64,000 nucleotides of DNA, taken from the NCBI GenBank assembly GCA_963697335.1, contig CAVONQ010000006.1, positions 64,001-128,000 on the forward strand, in the 5' to 3' direction. Numbering within the stretch: position 1 is the stretch's first letter; every line of letters starts with the position of its first letter. The notes below the pieces were generated by a model, which saw only the letters and a program-made list of their open reading frames with translations, had not been told where the DNA came from and ran no database searches. Position numbers and translations under genes: made by a program. Source of the stretch: an uncultured cyanobacterium. GTDB taxonomy: Bacteria; Cyanobacteriota; Cyanobacteriia; PCC-6307; Cyanobiaceae. Below, one piece after another: positions 1 through 9,346 of the stretch.

Positions 1-348
1 GCCTGCCCTTCGGTGGAATACGTCACCACGGATGCAATTCCAGCTCAGATCGCTGAGCGGGAAAAACAGATCGAGATGGGCCGCGATGATCTGGCCGGCA
101 AGAAGGAGGAGATGAAGGAAAAGATCGTGGCGGGCCGGATCGGTAAGCGCCTCAAGGAACTGGCCCTGATGGATCAGCCCTACATCAAGGACAACAGCCT
201 CAGTGTGGCTGAGCTGGTCAAGCAGGTGGCCGGCAAAGTGGGGGAAAACATCCAGGTGCGCCGCTTCGTTCGCTTCAATCTCGGTGAGGGGATTGAAGTG
301 AAGCAAACGGACTTCGCCGCCGAGGTGGCCGCCATGCAGGCCTCCTGA
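1..348 (+). CDS. tsf: Translation elongation factor Ts, C-terminal part (5' truncated by window)
   Basis: [25 protein letters not shown]...[18 protein letters not shown]...DFAAEVAA is the typical EF-Ts C-terminus. Confidence 0.95.
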   Translation, partial: ACPSVEYVTTDAIPAQIAEREKQIEMGRDDLAGKKEEMKEKIVAGRIGKRLKELALMDQPYIKDNSLSVAELVKQVAGKVGENIQVRRFVRFNLGEGIEVKQTDFAAEVAAMQAS

Positions 349-406
349 GCTGCTGGCCCCCGACCCGATCCGATCCATTCCAGCGGACCATTCCGCTCCC
401 CCTGCC

Positions 407-1630
407 GTGGATGCTCTCCAGGATGCCCACCGCAGTTTGGCTGCCATGAGGGCGGGGTTGGAGCAATCCAACCCCGAGCTCTACCGACATCTGGCGCTCT
501 ACCTCCAGGTGCTCAGAGACGGCCTGCTGAATGCGATTCAGCAGGCCTGTTTTCATCTGGCCACTCAGATCGAACCGGAGCGCTACTCCCATCTCTCGGC
601 CCGGCAGCGCCGGCAGTTGCATCTGCGCATGGCCGACCTGGCCCGGCGGGCCAGGACCCTGCTGACGGTGGAGCAGGTGGCGGCCATGGCGGCCCAGTTG
701 GCCAGGCTGCGCCAGCGCCAGGCCCGGGAGGAGCGGGCCCACTTCCAGGACTCCCTGGCCCAGGAGCCTCGCCCAGCCGAATCGGGTGCTTCCGAGCGGC
801 CGTGGTCGTCGGGCCGCTCGATCGAGCTGGGTCTGGCGCCACCGATCGATCTCCAGCGGTTGGGCTCCAGCGGCCCCGATCTGTCGGGACTGCTGCAGGG
901 GCTTGGCCCAGGTTTGAGTGCAGGGTTCAAGCCGGGATTCAGCCCGGACTTCAGGCCTGAGCCTGCCCCCCAGGATTCCACCGAGCCCTCTCCCTCAGAG
1001 CCTGTGCCATCGGAGCAGGCCGCAGCGGATGCCGCCCCTGGTCAGAGCCTCCAGGCCATGCTGCAGGCCTTCTCCGAGGCCCTCGAGGCCGAGGGCCCCG
1101 AGCGGCCTGCACCGCCAGCTGCTGATGCCGAGGACGCCGACCGCCATCCCTGGAGCGGCAGCCGCCTGCCCACCGACCCCATCGACCTGCTCGTCTGGCT
1201 GGAGGGCTACGAGAGTGCCCTCACCCGGCGACTGCGCAATCTCTCCCATGCCCTCAACGTCGACTGCCTGCGGCTGGGCGTGACACGGGGGCTGTTGCCG
1301 GTGGGTCTGCTGGATGCGGCCCTGCAGGGTGAGGTGGACGTGCTGCCTGCCCCACCCAACCTGCTGCGGCTGCAGGTGCCGGCGGAGGAGAACGGCTCGG
1401 GGCCCTCCATCGCGTTGGTGGCGGTGCTGCTGCGGCTCGCTGATCTGGAGCTGGAGAACCCTCGCCTGCGCACATGCCGGCAGCGGCTGCAGCAACACGG
1501 CCTGGAGGTGCGCAGAATGGCGGAGCGTTACCGCCGGGTCCAGCGGCGGGTGCGGATCCTGGAGGCGGAGCAGCTGTGGCTGGAGGACAACCGGGAGTCC
1601 ACCGGTCGCCCCCCCCAGGGCAACCCCTAG
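407..1630 (+). CDS. Hypothetical protein (helical N/C ends, Pro/Ser-rich middle)
   Basis: 407-aa ORF with host-like codon usage filling the tsf-recG gap; no catalytic motif recognised. Confidence 0.75.
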   Translation: MDALQDAHRSLAAMRAGLEQSNPELYRHLALYLQVLRDGLLNAIQQACFHLATQIEPERYSHLSARQRRQLHLRMADLARRARTLLTVEQVAAMAAQLARLRQRQAREERAHFQDSLAQEPRPAESGASERPWSSGRSIELGLAPPIDLQRLGSSGPDLSGLLQGLGPGLSAGFKPGFSPDFRPEPAPQDSTEPSPSEPVPSEQAAADAAPGQSLQAMLQAFSEALEAEGPERPAPPAADAEDADRHPWSGSRLPTDPIDLLVWLEGYESALTRRLRNLSHALNVDCLRLGVTRGLLPVGLLDAALQGEVDVLPAPPNLLRLQVPAEENGSGPSIALVAVLLRLADLELENPRLRTCRQRLQQHGLEVRRMAERYRRVQRRVRILEAEQLWLEDNRESTGRPPQGNP

Positions 1631-4113
1631 ACGCCGCGCCCGCCCCCCCCGGCCCTGATCCAGTCACCGAGTGGCTGCGCCTCCTGCAGCAGGCGCTGCT
1701 GCTGGAGAGTGAACGCGGTTTCGCTGATCTGCTGGGAAGGCGGGAGCGGTTCAGCTGTTTTCTGGCCCGCAGTCTGCAGGCCCCTCCCCAGGGCATCACT
1801 TCAGGGCGCACCCGCTGCCTCGAACTTGGCGCTGCCTTTGCGGGCTACCCGGAGTTGAGTCCGGCGCGGCGCCAGAGCCTGGTGCGCGACTGCCGCCAGC
1901 ATCTGCACCACCTGCGCCAGGGCCTGGAGCCAGCCAGGCCGATGGGTCCGCCCCGGCTGCGGCTCAACGCTGGGCCACCGCCTTCGGCGCCCTCAGCCGC
2001 CAGCCGCCTGCTCCCCGACACGCCCCTGGGGGAGATCCGAGGCGTCGGACCGCGCACGGCAGCCCGACTGGCCCAGCTGGGTCTGTTCGTGGTGCGCGAC
2101 CTGGTGCACTACTACCCTCGCGACTATCTCGACTACGCCAACCTGGTGCGCATCGAGGGGCTGCGAGCCGGCAGCACCGCCACCATCGTGGCCACGGTGC
2201 GCCGCTGCCATGCCTTCGCCAGCCCCCGCAACCCCAACCTGGCGATCCTGGAGCTGCAGCTCAGCGATCCCACCGGCCGCCTGCGGGTGAGTCGCTTCAT
2301 GGCCGGCAGGCGCTTCACCAGCCCTGGCTGGTTGAAGAGTCAGCAGCGCCTCTATCCGCCTGGCGCCAGCCTGGCCGTGAGCGGACTGGTGCGCGAGACG
2401 CCCTATGGCCTGGCGTTTCAGGACCCGTTGATCGAAGTGCTGGAGAGCCCCCAGGCGCCGCTGCGTTCCGAGGCGATCGGCCGGCTGTTGCCGGTCTACG
2501 GGCTCACTGAGGGCCTCGGCGCCGACAGGCTGCGCCAGGCCGTGGCCGGCGTGCTGCCCCTCGTGGAGGCGTGGGGAGACCCCCTGCCGCCGTCCCTGCG
2601 CCGCAGCGAGGGCCTGATGGCCAGGCCTGAGGCCCTGCGCCAGATCCACGCCCCCCTGGATCAGGAGAACCTCAAGGCCAGCCGACAGCGGCTGGTGTTC
2701 GATGAATTCCTGCTGCTGCAGCTGGGCCTGCTGCAGCGCCGCCGCGCCCTCACCGAACGGCCCTCTCCTCCCCTGCAGAGCCCCAGCCGGAGCAGCCTGG
2801 TGGCGAGGTTCCTGGAGCTGCTGCCCTTCCAGCTCACCCCGGCCCAGCAGCGTGTTCTGAAGGAGATCCGTGCCGATCTGGCCCGACCCCAGGCGATGGC
2901 CCGGCTGCTGCAGGGTGATGTGGGCAGCGGCAAGACCGTGGTGGCGATCGCCGCCCTGCTCACCGCCATCGACGCCGGCTGCCAGGGTGCCCTGATGGCC
3001 CCCACGGAGGTGCTGGCCGAGCAGCATTACCAGAAGCTCTGCGGCTGGATGCCCCAGCTCCACGTGACCTGCGGGCTGCTCACCGGCTCCACCCCCGCCC
3101 GCCTGCGCCGCCAGCTGCTCAACGACCTGGCCCAGGGCACCCTGCAGCTGCTGGTGGGCACCCATGCCCTGCTGGAAGACCCTGTGGCCTTTGCCCGGTT
3201 GGGGCTGGTGGTGGTGGATGAACAGCACCGCTTCGGCGTGGCCCAGCGCAATCGACTGCTGGCCAAGGGGTTGCAGCCCCACCTGCTCACCATGACCGCC
3301 ACGCCGATCCCCCGCACCCTGGCCCTGTCGGTGCACGGCGACCTGGAGGTGAGCCAGATCGATGGCCTGCCGCCGGGCCGCACCCCGATTCAGACCCGCC
3401 TGCTGCGGGCCGGGGAGCGGCAGCTCGCCTACGAGCTGATCCGCGAGGAGGTGGCCAGGGGCCAGCGCGCCTACGTGGTGCTGCCCCTGGTGGAGGAGTC
3501 GGAGAAGCTGGACCTGCGCTCCGCCGTGGCCGTGCATCGCCAGCTCAACGAGGAGGTGTTCCCGGAGCTGCAGGTGGGGCTGCTGCACGGGCGCCTGGCG
3601 GGCCCCGACAAGCAGGCCACGCTGCAGGCCTTCGCCCGGGGAGAGAGCCAGGTGTTGGTGAGCACCACCGTGGTGGAGGTGGGCGTGGATGTGCCGGAGG
3701 CGAGCGTGATGGTGGTGGAGCACGCCGAGCGCTTTGGTCTCGCCCAGCTGCACCAGCTCAGGGGCCGGGTGGGCCGGGGCGCGGCGGCCTCCCACTGCCT
3801 GCTCATCAATGACAGCCGCCAGGCCCTGGCCCGGCAGCGGCTCGATGTGCTGGTGCGCTCCAGCGATGGCTTCGAGATCGCCGAGATGGACCTGCGCCTG
3901 CGGGGGCCCGGCCAGGTGCTGGGCACGCGCCAGTCCGGTCTGCCCGATCTGGCCCTGGCCAGCCTCATCGACGACGGCGCCGTGCTGGAGCAGGCCCGCG
4001 AGGTGGCCCGAAGGATCCTGACGGAGGACCCATCCCTCGGGCGCCACCCCCAGCTGCTGGCCATGCTCCAGAGCCAGCGCGCCAGGTTGAGTGCCGGCGC
4101 CCGGCTGAACTGA
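1576..4113 (+). CDS. recG: ATP-dependent DNA helicase RecG
   Basis: RLLQGDVGSGKT, VVVDEQHRFG, MTATPIPRTL, QLHQLRGRVGRG, DLRLRGPG motifs; GTG 1576 start is a guess. Confidence 0.95.
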   Translation: MAGGQPGVHRSPPPGQPLDAAPAPPGPDPVTEWLRLLQQALLLESERGFADLLGRRERFSCFLARSLQAPPQGITSGRTRCLELGAAFAGYPELSPARRQSLVRDCRQHLHHLRQGLEPARPMGPPRLRLNAGPPPSAPSAASRLLPDTPLGEIRGVGPRTAARLAQLGLFVVRDLVHYYPRDYLDYANLVRIEGLRAGSTATIVATVRRCHAFASPRNPNLAILELQLSDPTGRLRVSRFMAGRRFTSPGWLKSQQRLYPPGASLAVSGLVRETPYGLAFQDPLIEVLESPQAPLRSEAIGRLLPVYGLTEGLGADRLRQAVAGVLPLVEAWGDPLPPSLRRSEGLMARPEALRQIHAPLDQENLKASRQRLVFDEFLLLQLGLLQRRRALTERPSPPLQSPSRSSLVARFLELLPFQLTPAQQRVLKEIRADLARPQAMARLLQGDVGSGKTVVAIAALLTAIDAGCQGALMAPTEVLAEQHYQKLCGWMPQLHVTCGLLTGSTPARLRRQLLNDLAQGTLQLLVGTHALLEDPVAFARLGLVVVDEQHRFGVAQRNRLLAKGLQPHLLTMTATPIPRTLALSVHGDLEVSQIDGLPPGRTPIQTRLLRAGERQLAYELIREEVARGQRAYVVLPLVEESEKLDLRSAVAVHRQLNEEVFPELQVGLLHGRLAGPDKQATLQAFARGESQVLVSTTVVEVGVDVPEASVMVVEHAERFGLAQLHQLRGRVGRGAAASHCLLINDSRQALARQRLDVLVRSSDGFEIAEMDLRLRGPGQVLGTRQSGLPDLALASLIDDGAVLEQAREVARRILTEDPSLGRHPQLLAMLQSQRARLSAGARLN

Positions 4114-4179
4114 GGGCCGAAGCCCGCTGAACTGAGCGGATCGCCGTCACGCCACACTGAAGGCTGCATTGGAGTGGCG

Positions 4180-4908
4180 ATGCCGCGGCGTCCCTGGAAT
4201 TCCATCCCCATCGAGCCGCGGCGGGATCCCCTGGTTCCCCTGCCGCCCGACCTGTTGCGGCTGGAACCCCACCCCTACACGGCCCTGGGGGCTCCCTACG
4301 GCCCTGGAGGATCGCCATTCCAGCTGCGTCAGGAGGTGATCGACCGACTGCTGGACTCCCAGGAGGCCCTGCAGGAACAGCAGCCCGACTGGCGCCTGGC
4401 CATCTTTGACGGCTGGCGCCCCCTGGCGGTGCAGGCCTTCATGGTGGAGCACACCGTGCTCGAGCTGTGCCGCAAGCGCGGTGTGGATCCGGCCGAAACC
4501 AGCTCTGCCCGGGAGGCCGTGACGGCCGAGGTGGGGCGCTTCTGGGCCTCTCCTGACCCGGATCCAGCCGCCCCGCCCCCCCACAGCACCGGGGCTGCCG
4601 TGGACCTCACCATCGTCGACCACAGGGGCCTGCCCCTGGACATGGGCTCTGCGATCGACGCCATCGGAGCCGTGTCCTCCCCGGACCACTTCGAGGCGGT
4701 GGCCCAGGAAGCGGCCAAGCCGGCCCAGCGCACCTGGGCCAGGGGCTGCCACAGGCGGCGGCGGCTGCTGCGTCAGGTGCTGCAGCAGGCCGGCTTCGCC
4801 CAGCACCCGAATGAGTGGTGGCACTTCAGCTGGGGCGATCAGCTCTGGGCCTGGAGCCGGGGCGAAGCCCAGGCCTGCTACGGGCGGGTGGAGCCCGAGC
4901 CAGGCTGA
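4180..4908 (+). CDS. M15 family D-Ala-D-Ala dipeptidase (VanX/DdpX-like)
   Basis: IFDGWRP, PHSTGAAVDLT, NEWWHFSWGD motifs. Confidence 0.88.
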   Translation: MPRRPWNSIPIEPRRDPLVPLPPDLLRLEPHPYTALGAPYGPGGSPFQLRQEVIDRLLDSQEALQEQQPDWRLAIFDGWRPLAVQAFMVEHTVLELCRKRGVDPAETSSAREAVTAEVGRFWASPDPDPAAPPPHSTGAAVDLTIVDHRGLPLDMGSAIDAIGAVSSPDHFEAVAQEAAKPAQRTWARGCHRRRRLLRQVLQQAGFAQHPNEWWHFSWGDQLWAWSRGEAQACYGRVEPEPG

Positions 4909-5309
4909 ACTGGCGCCGGCTGCGCTGAGGACGCCGCCGGCGCCATCAGGTCCAGGTAGAGCGCGTTGGCCTCATCGCGCTGCATCAGACCCTTGGCCAC
5001 GCAGCGCCGCAGGCTGGAGGCCGTCATCTCCACCTGCAGGGTCCTGAGCCGGGCGATCACGGCCGGGCTCTGGTCAGCGAAGGGCTCCAGGTGGCGTTCG
5101 AACGCCTCGCGGATCGCCGCGGCTTGGCAGCTGAGGGGATCTGGGTCGTAGATCGTCGGTGTGGAGGGGGGCGGCGTCGGCGTCCTCCTGCCCTGGGCGT
5201 GGGCGGCCAGGGGCGTGACGCTGGCGACGCTGAGCAGGGCCAGAGCGAGCGATGCGGCCCTCAGCTGGGGATTGCCGCAGGGGCGACTGCGCCACAGAAC
5301 CTTGCCCAC
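4878..5309 (-). CDS. Hypothetical secreted protein
   Basis: Signal-peptide-like ASLALALLSVASVTPLAAHA; begins immediately after the sir stop. Confidence 0.65.
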   Translation of the reverse strand: MGKVLWRSRPCGNPQLRAASLALALLSVASVTPLAAHAQGRRTPTPPPSTPTIYDPDPLSCQAAAIREAFERHLEPFADQSPAVIARLRTLQVEMTASSLRRCVAKGLMQRDEANALYLDLMAPAASSAQPAPVQPGSGSTRP

Positions 5310-5310
5310 C

Positions 5311-7113
5311 TCAGGCTGCAGCCAGCAGGGCCTGCACCGCGGGCCGTCCGCTGCTGGCCACGAAGTCGCCGAAGCTCAACCGGCCCCCGGCGGCCTGCCA
5401 GGCCCGCAACAGCGGTTCGAGGGTCTGCTCCAGGTCGTCGAGGGGCATCTTCTCGAGGTAGGGCTCGGCCAGCCGGCTGAGGTTGGGGGTGCCCCCCAGC
5501 CACAGCTGGTACTGGTTGACGCCGCTGCCCACCAGCCCGATCTCCGCCATGTAGGGACGGGCGCAGCCGTTAGGACAGCCCGTCATCCTCACCAGCACCG
5601 GCTTGCTGATGGCGAGCTCCTGCATGAGGTTGTCGAGCCGGCCGATCACATCGGGCAGGATGCGCTCGGCCTCGGTGACGGCCAGGCCGCACAGGGGCAG
5701 GGCCGGGCAGGCCAGGGCATGGCGCGCCAGGGGCGGCGGCGCGTCCGGTGTCTCGAAGCCGAGGGCAACCAGCTCGGCCCGGATGCTGGCCTTCTGGGCG
5801 GTGCCGATGTTGCAGAGCAGCAGATCCTGGTTGGGCGTGAGCCGCAGATCCAGCTTGTAGGTGTCCACGAGGTGGCGCAGGCCACGCTTGAGCTCGCCGC
5901 CGATGCGGCCGCAGAGCACCGGCAGGCCCACGAACCAGAGCCCCGGGCTCTGGCGGTGCCAGCCCAGGTAGTCCTCCAGGCGGGGCTTGGGCTCCTGGCG
6001 CATGGCCTTGATCGGATGGGCGAAGTAGCGTTGCTGCAGCTCCTGGCGGAACCAGTCCACGCCCCGGTCGTGGATGAGGTATTTCATCCGAGCGTGGCGG
6101 CGTTGGTCGCGGTCGCCGTGGTCCCGCTGCAGGGCCACGATGGCCTGCACCAGGTCCAGGATGTGCTCATAGGCCACCGAACCGAGCGGGTCGGCGGTGC
6201 GGGCGAAGGTCTCCTCCTTGTTGTGGGTGCGGCCCATGCCGCCTCCCACGTAGACGTTGGCCACCAGGGGCCGGCCCTGGGGGTCGCAGAACAGCACCAG
6301 GCCGATGTCCTGGGTGAGCAGATCCACCGAGTTGTCCCCCGGCACGGTCACCGCCACCTTGAACTTGCGCGGCAGATAGGTGCCGCCATAGAGCGGCTCG
6401 GCGGCATCACCGCTGAACACGGCACCCTCGGCCTGGCGGGCCTTGGCCCGGCGCACCGGCAGGTTCGGTTTGATGCGGTAGCTCAGGTCGCCGTCCACCC
6501 ACAGGTCGAGGTACGACCCCTCGGCGGCCTGGGGAGCCAGGAGGTCGGCGATGGCGTCAGCGAGATCGCGGGCCGCCGGGTAACCGCCCTTGCTGAAGGG
6601 GGCGGCGGGCGCCATCACGTTGCGGTTGATGTCCCCACAGGCGGCCAGGGTGGAGCCCAGGGAGCGCACGATCGTGCCGATCACCTCCTTGAGGTTGTCC
6701 TTGCGCACCCCATGCATCTGGAAGGCCTGGCGGGTGGTGACCCGCAAGGTGGCGTTGCCGAGCCGATCGGCCAGCTCGTCGATGGCGAGGTAGAGCTGGG
6801 CGGGAACGCGACCAGCCGGGTTGCGCAGGCGCAGCATCATCTGCCACTCCTTCTCCTGGCCCTTCTGGCGCTTGTCGCGGTTGTCCTGCTGATAACTGCC
6901 GTGGAACTTGAGGATCTGGACGGCGCTGTCGGTGAAATTGGGCGCCTGGTTGCCCAGCTCGCTCAGGAGCGGTTCGCGCAGGTGACCACTACTGGCCTTG
7001 AGTTGTTCGAACTTCGTCGGCCCTGACGTCACGATTGCGGGAACCACCCAAAAGCCCGTTGACGGTAGCGAACAGGGCCCACCAGCAGTCTGATGGGTCG
7101 CAGACGGCTCCAT
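5311..7113 (-). CDS. sir: Ferredoxin-dependent sulfite reductase
   Basis: LKFHGSYQQDNRD, TTRQAFQMHG, YLPRKFK, ACPALPLCGLA, RMTGCPNGCARPY siroheme/4Fe-4S motifs; start uncertain (ATG 7113). Confidence 0.95.
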   Translation of the reverse strand: MEPSATHQTAGGPCSLPSTGFWVVPAIVTSGPTKFEQLKASSGHLREPLLSELGNQAPNFTDSAVQILKFHGSYQQDNRDKRQKGQEKEWQMMLRLRNPAGRVPAQLYLAIDELADRLGNATLRVTTRQAFQMHGVRKDNLKEVIGTIVRSLGSTLAACGDINRNVMAPAAPFSKGGYPAARDLADAIADLLAPQAAEGSYLDLWVDGDLSYRIKPNLPVRRAKARQAEGAVFSGDAAEPLYGGTYLPRKFKVAVTVPGDNSVDLLTQDIGLVLFCDPQGRPLVANVYVGGGMGRTHNKEETFARTADPLGSVAYEHILDLVQAIVALQRDHGDRDQRRHARMKYLIHDRGVDWFRQELQQRYFAHPIKAMRQEPKPRLEDYLGWHRQSPGLWFVGLPVLCGRIGGELKRGLRHLVDTYKLDLRLTPNQDLLLCNIGTAQKASIRAELVALGFETPDAPPPLARHALACPALPLCGLAVTEAERILPDVIGRLDNLMQELAISKPVLVRMTGCPNGCARPYMAEIGLVGSGVNQYQLWLGGTPNLSRLAEPYLEKMPLDDLEQTLEPLLRAWQAAGGRLSFGDFVASSGRPAVQALLAAA

Positions 7114-7141
7114 AAAGTTGGCGGTTGCTGTTGCGGCTGGC

Positions 7142-9319
7142 GTGTCCACCTTTCTGCTGGAAATCGGAACCGAGGAGCTGCCGGCCGATTTCGCCCGGTT
7201 GGCCGTGCCCCAGCTGGAGGCGCTGGTCGGCCGCGACCTGGCTGACCAGCGCCTCAGCCATGGCCGCCTGCAGGTGACCAGCACGCCCCGTCGCCTGGCC
7301 GTGCTGGTGGACGGGCTGCCCGCCTGCCAGAGCGAGCGCCGGGAGGAACGCAAGGGGCCGCCGGCCAGCCAGGGATTCAGCGACGGCGTGCCGACCCAGG
7401 CGGCCCTTGGCTTTGCCCGGCGCTGCGGCGTTGAGCCTTCGGCGCTGGAGGTGCGCCCCACGGCCAAGGGGCCGTTCGTGTTTGCGCGCCTGCTGGAGCC
7501 GGGCCGCCCCACGCCGGAGGTGTTGGCGGAGTGCATCCCCGGCTGGATCCAGGCGCTCCAGGGCCGTCGCTTCATGCGCTGGGGGGAGGGGGACTTCCGC
7601 TTCTCAAGGCCCGTCCGCTGGCTGGTGGCCCTGCTTGATGCCGAGGTGCTGCCGGTGCTGCTGCCGGGCAGCGATCCCGAAGTGAAGGCCGATCGCCTCA
7701 GTCGGGGGCACAGGCTGCACCCACAGCCGGTTTCGATCGCCGCGGCGGATCAATACACAGCAAGCCTCGCCGCGGCGGGGCTGGAGGTGGACCGGCAGGC
7801 CCGCGGCGAGCGGATCAGCCAGGGCATCCAGCAGGCCGCCGAGGCCCTGGGGGGCCGGCCGGATCTGCCCCAGGAGCTGCTCGAAGAGCTCACCGATCTG
7901 GTGGAGCAGCCCCTGCTGCTGCAGGGAGCGGTGGACCCGGCCTACCTGGTCCTGCCGGCCGAGGTGCTCTGCACCGTGATGCGGGCCCACCAGCGCTATG
8001 TGCCCCTCTACCGGCGCGGCGCCGAGGTGGATCCCCTCGCCTTCGAGGCCCGCGATGTGCTGCTGCCCGCCTTTCTCTGCGTGAGCAATGGCTCGCCTGC
8101 TGCCCTCGACACCGTGCGCCGCGGCAACGAGCGGGTGCTGCGGGCCCGGCTCGCCGATGCCCGCTTCTTCCTGGAGGCGGATCGGGCCGTGTCCAGCCTG
8201 GAACGGCGCGACCAACTGGCCCGGGTCACGTTTGCCGAAGGCCTCGGCTCGCTGCGCGACCGGGTGGAGCGGCTCGAGTGGTGCAGCCAGGAGTTGCTGC
8301 AGGCCCTGGCGCTGCCCCCGGCCGTTGCAGAGGTGGCCCTGCGGGCGGCCCACCTCTGCAAGCACGATCTGGTGAGTCAGATGGTGGGCGAATTCCCCGA
8401 GCTGCAGGGAATCATGGGCGCCAAGTACCTGCTGGCCGAGGGCCAGCCGCGGGCGGTGGCTCTGGCCGTGCTCGAGCACTACCTGCCGCGGGGCGCAGGG
8501 GATGACCTACCCCACAGCGATGCCGGGGCCCTGGTGGCACTGGCTGAGCGTCTGGAACTCCTGTTCAGCATCTTCGCCAAGGGTGAGCGGCCCAGCGGCT
8601 CCTCCGATCCCTATGGCCTGCGGCGGGCCGGCAATGGCCTGCTGCAGATTCTCTGGCAGCAGGGCTGGCGGCTGGATCTGGAGGCCCTGGTCCAGGCCGG
8701 CAGCAGCCACTGGGCACAGCTGTTTCCCGAATTCCAGATCGAGCCGGAGGCCCTGGCGGCCGATCTCAACGACTTTCTGGCCCTGCGCATCGCCAGCCTG
8801 CTGGAGGAGGAGGGCCTGGAGGCCGACCTGGTGGCCGCGGTGGCCGGAGCCGGGGTGCCGCGGCAGCGGCTGCTGGGCCATCCCGGTGCCGTGCGCCAGC
8901 GGGGGCTGTTGCTGCGGGAGCTGCGTCAGCAGGGCCGGCTGGCGCCGTTGCAGGCCGTGGTCACCCGGGCCGCCCGGCTGGCAGAGAAGGGAGAGCTCGA
9001 TGAGCACACGCTCAGCCCCGCCGGCGTGGTGGAGCCAGCCCTGTTCGAGAAGCCCAGTGAGGCGGCCATGCTCGCCGTGCTGCAGCGGCTTGAACCCCTC
9101 GCCCGGGAAGCTGCCCAGACGGCCAATTCACCTGACCTGGCGGCGCTGGCGGCGGCCCTGCAGGAGAGCGCTTCAGCCCTGGCCGCCTTCTTTGATGGCG
9201 ACAGCAGCGTGATGGTGATGGCTGAAGAGAGCCAGCTGCGCGCCAACCGCCTGGCCCTGTTGAGCGTGCTGCGCAACCAGGCGTCGGTGCTAGCTGACTT
9301 CAGCGCGCTGCAGGGATGA
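7142..9319 (+). CDS. glyS: Glycine--tRNA ligase beta subunit
   Basis: FLLEIGTEELP, TPRRLAV, MVGEFPELQGIMG, PSGSSDPYGLRR. Confidence 0.95.
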   Translation: MSTFLLEIGTEELPADFARLAVPQLEALVGRDLADQRLSHGRLQVTSTPRRLAVLVDGLPACQSERREERKGPPASQGFSDGVPTQAALGFARRCGVEPSALEVRPTAKGPFVFARLLEPGRPTPEVLAECIPGWIQALQGRRFMRWGEGDFRFSRPVRWLVALLDAEVLPVLLPGSDPEVKADRLSRGHRLHPQPVSIAAADQYTASLAAAGLEVDRQARGERISQGIQQAAEALGGRPDLPQELLEELTDLVEQPLLLQGAVDPAYLVLPAEVLCTVMRAHQRYVPLYRRGAEVDPLAFEARDVLLPAFLCVSNGSPAALDTVRRGNERVLRARLADARFFLEADRAVSSLERRDQLARVTFAEGLGSLRDRVERLEWCSQELLQALALPPAVAEVALRAAHLCKHDLVSQMVGEFPELQGIMGAKYLLAEGQPRAVALAVLEHYLPRGAGDDLPHSDAGALVALAERLELLFSIFAKGERPSGSSDPYGLRRAGNGLLQILWQQGWRLDLEALVQAGSSHWAQLFPEFQIEPEALAADLNDFLALRIASLLEEEGLEADLVAAVAGAGVPRQRLLGHPGAVRQRGLLLRELRQQGRLAPLQAVVTRAARLAEKGELDEHTLSPAGVVEPALFEKPSEAAMLAVLQRLEPLAREAAQTANSPDLAALAAALQESASALAAFFDGDSSVMVMAEESQLRANRLALLSVLRNQASVLADFSALQG

Positions 9320-9346
9320 GGCTCAGGCGGCAGGCGCCTGGCTGGA

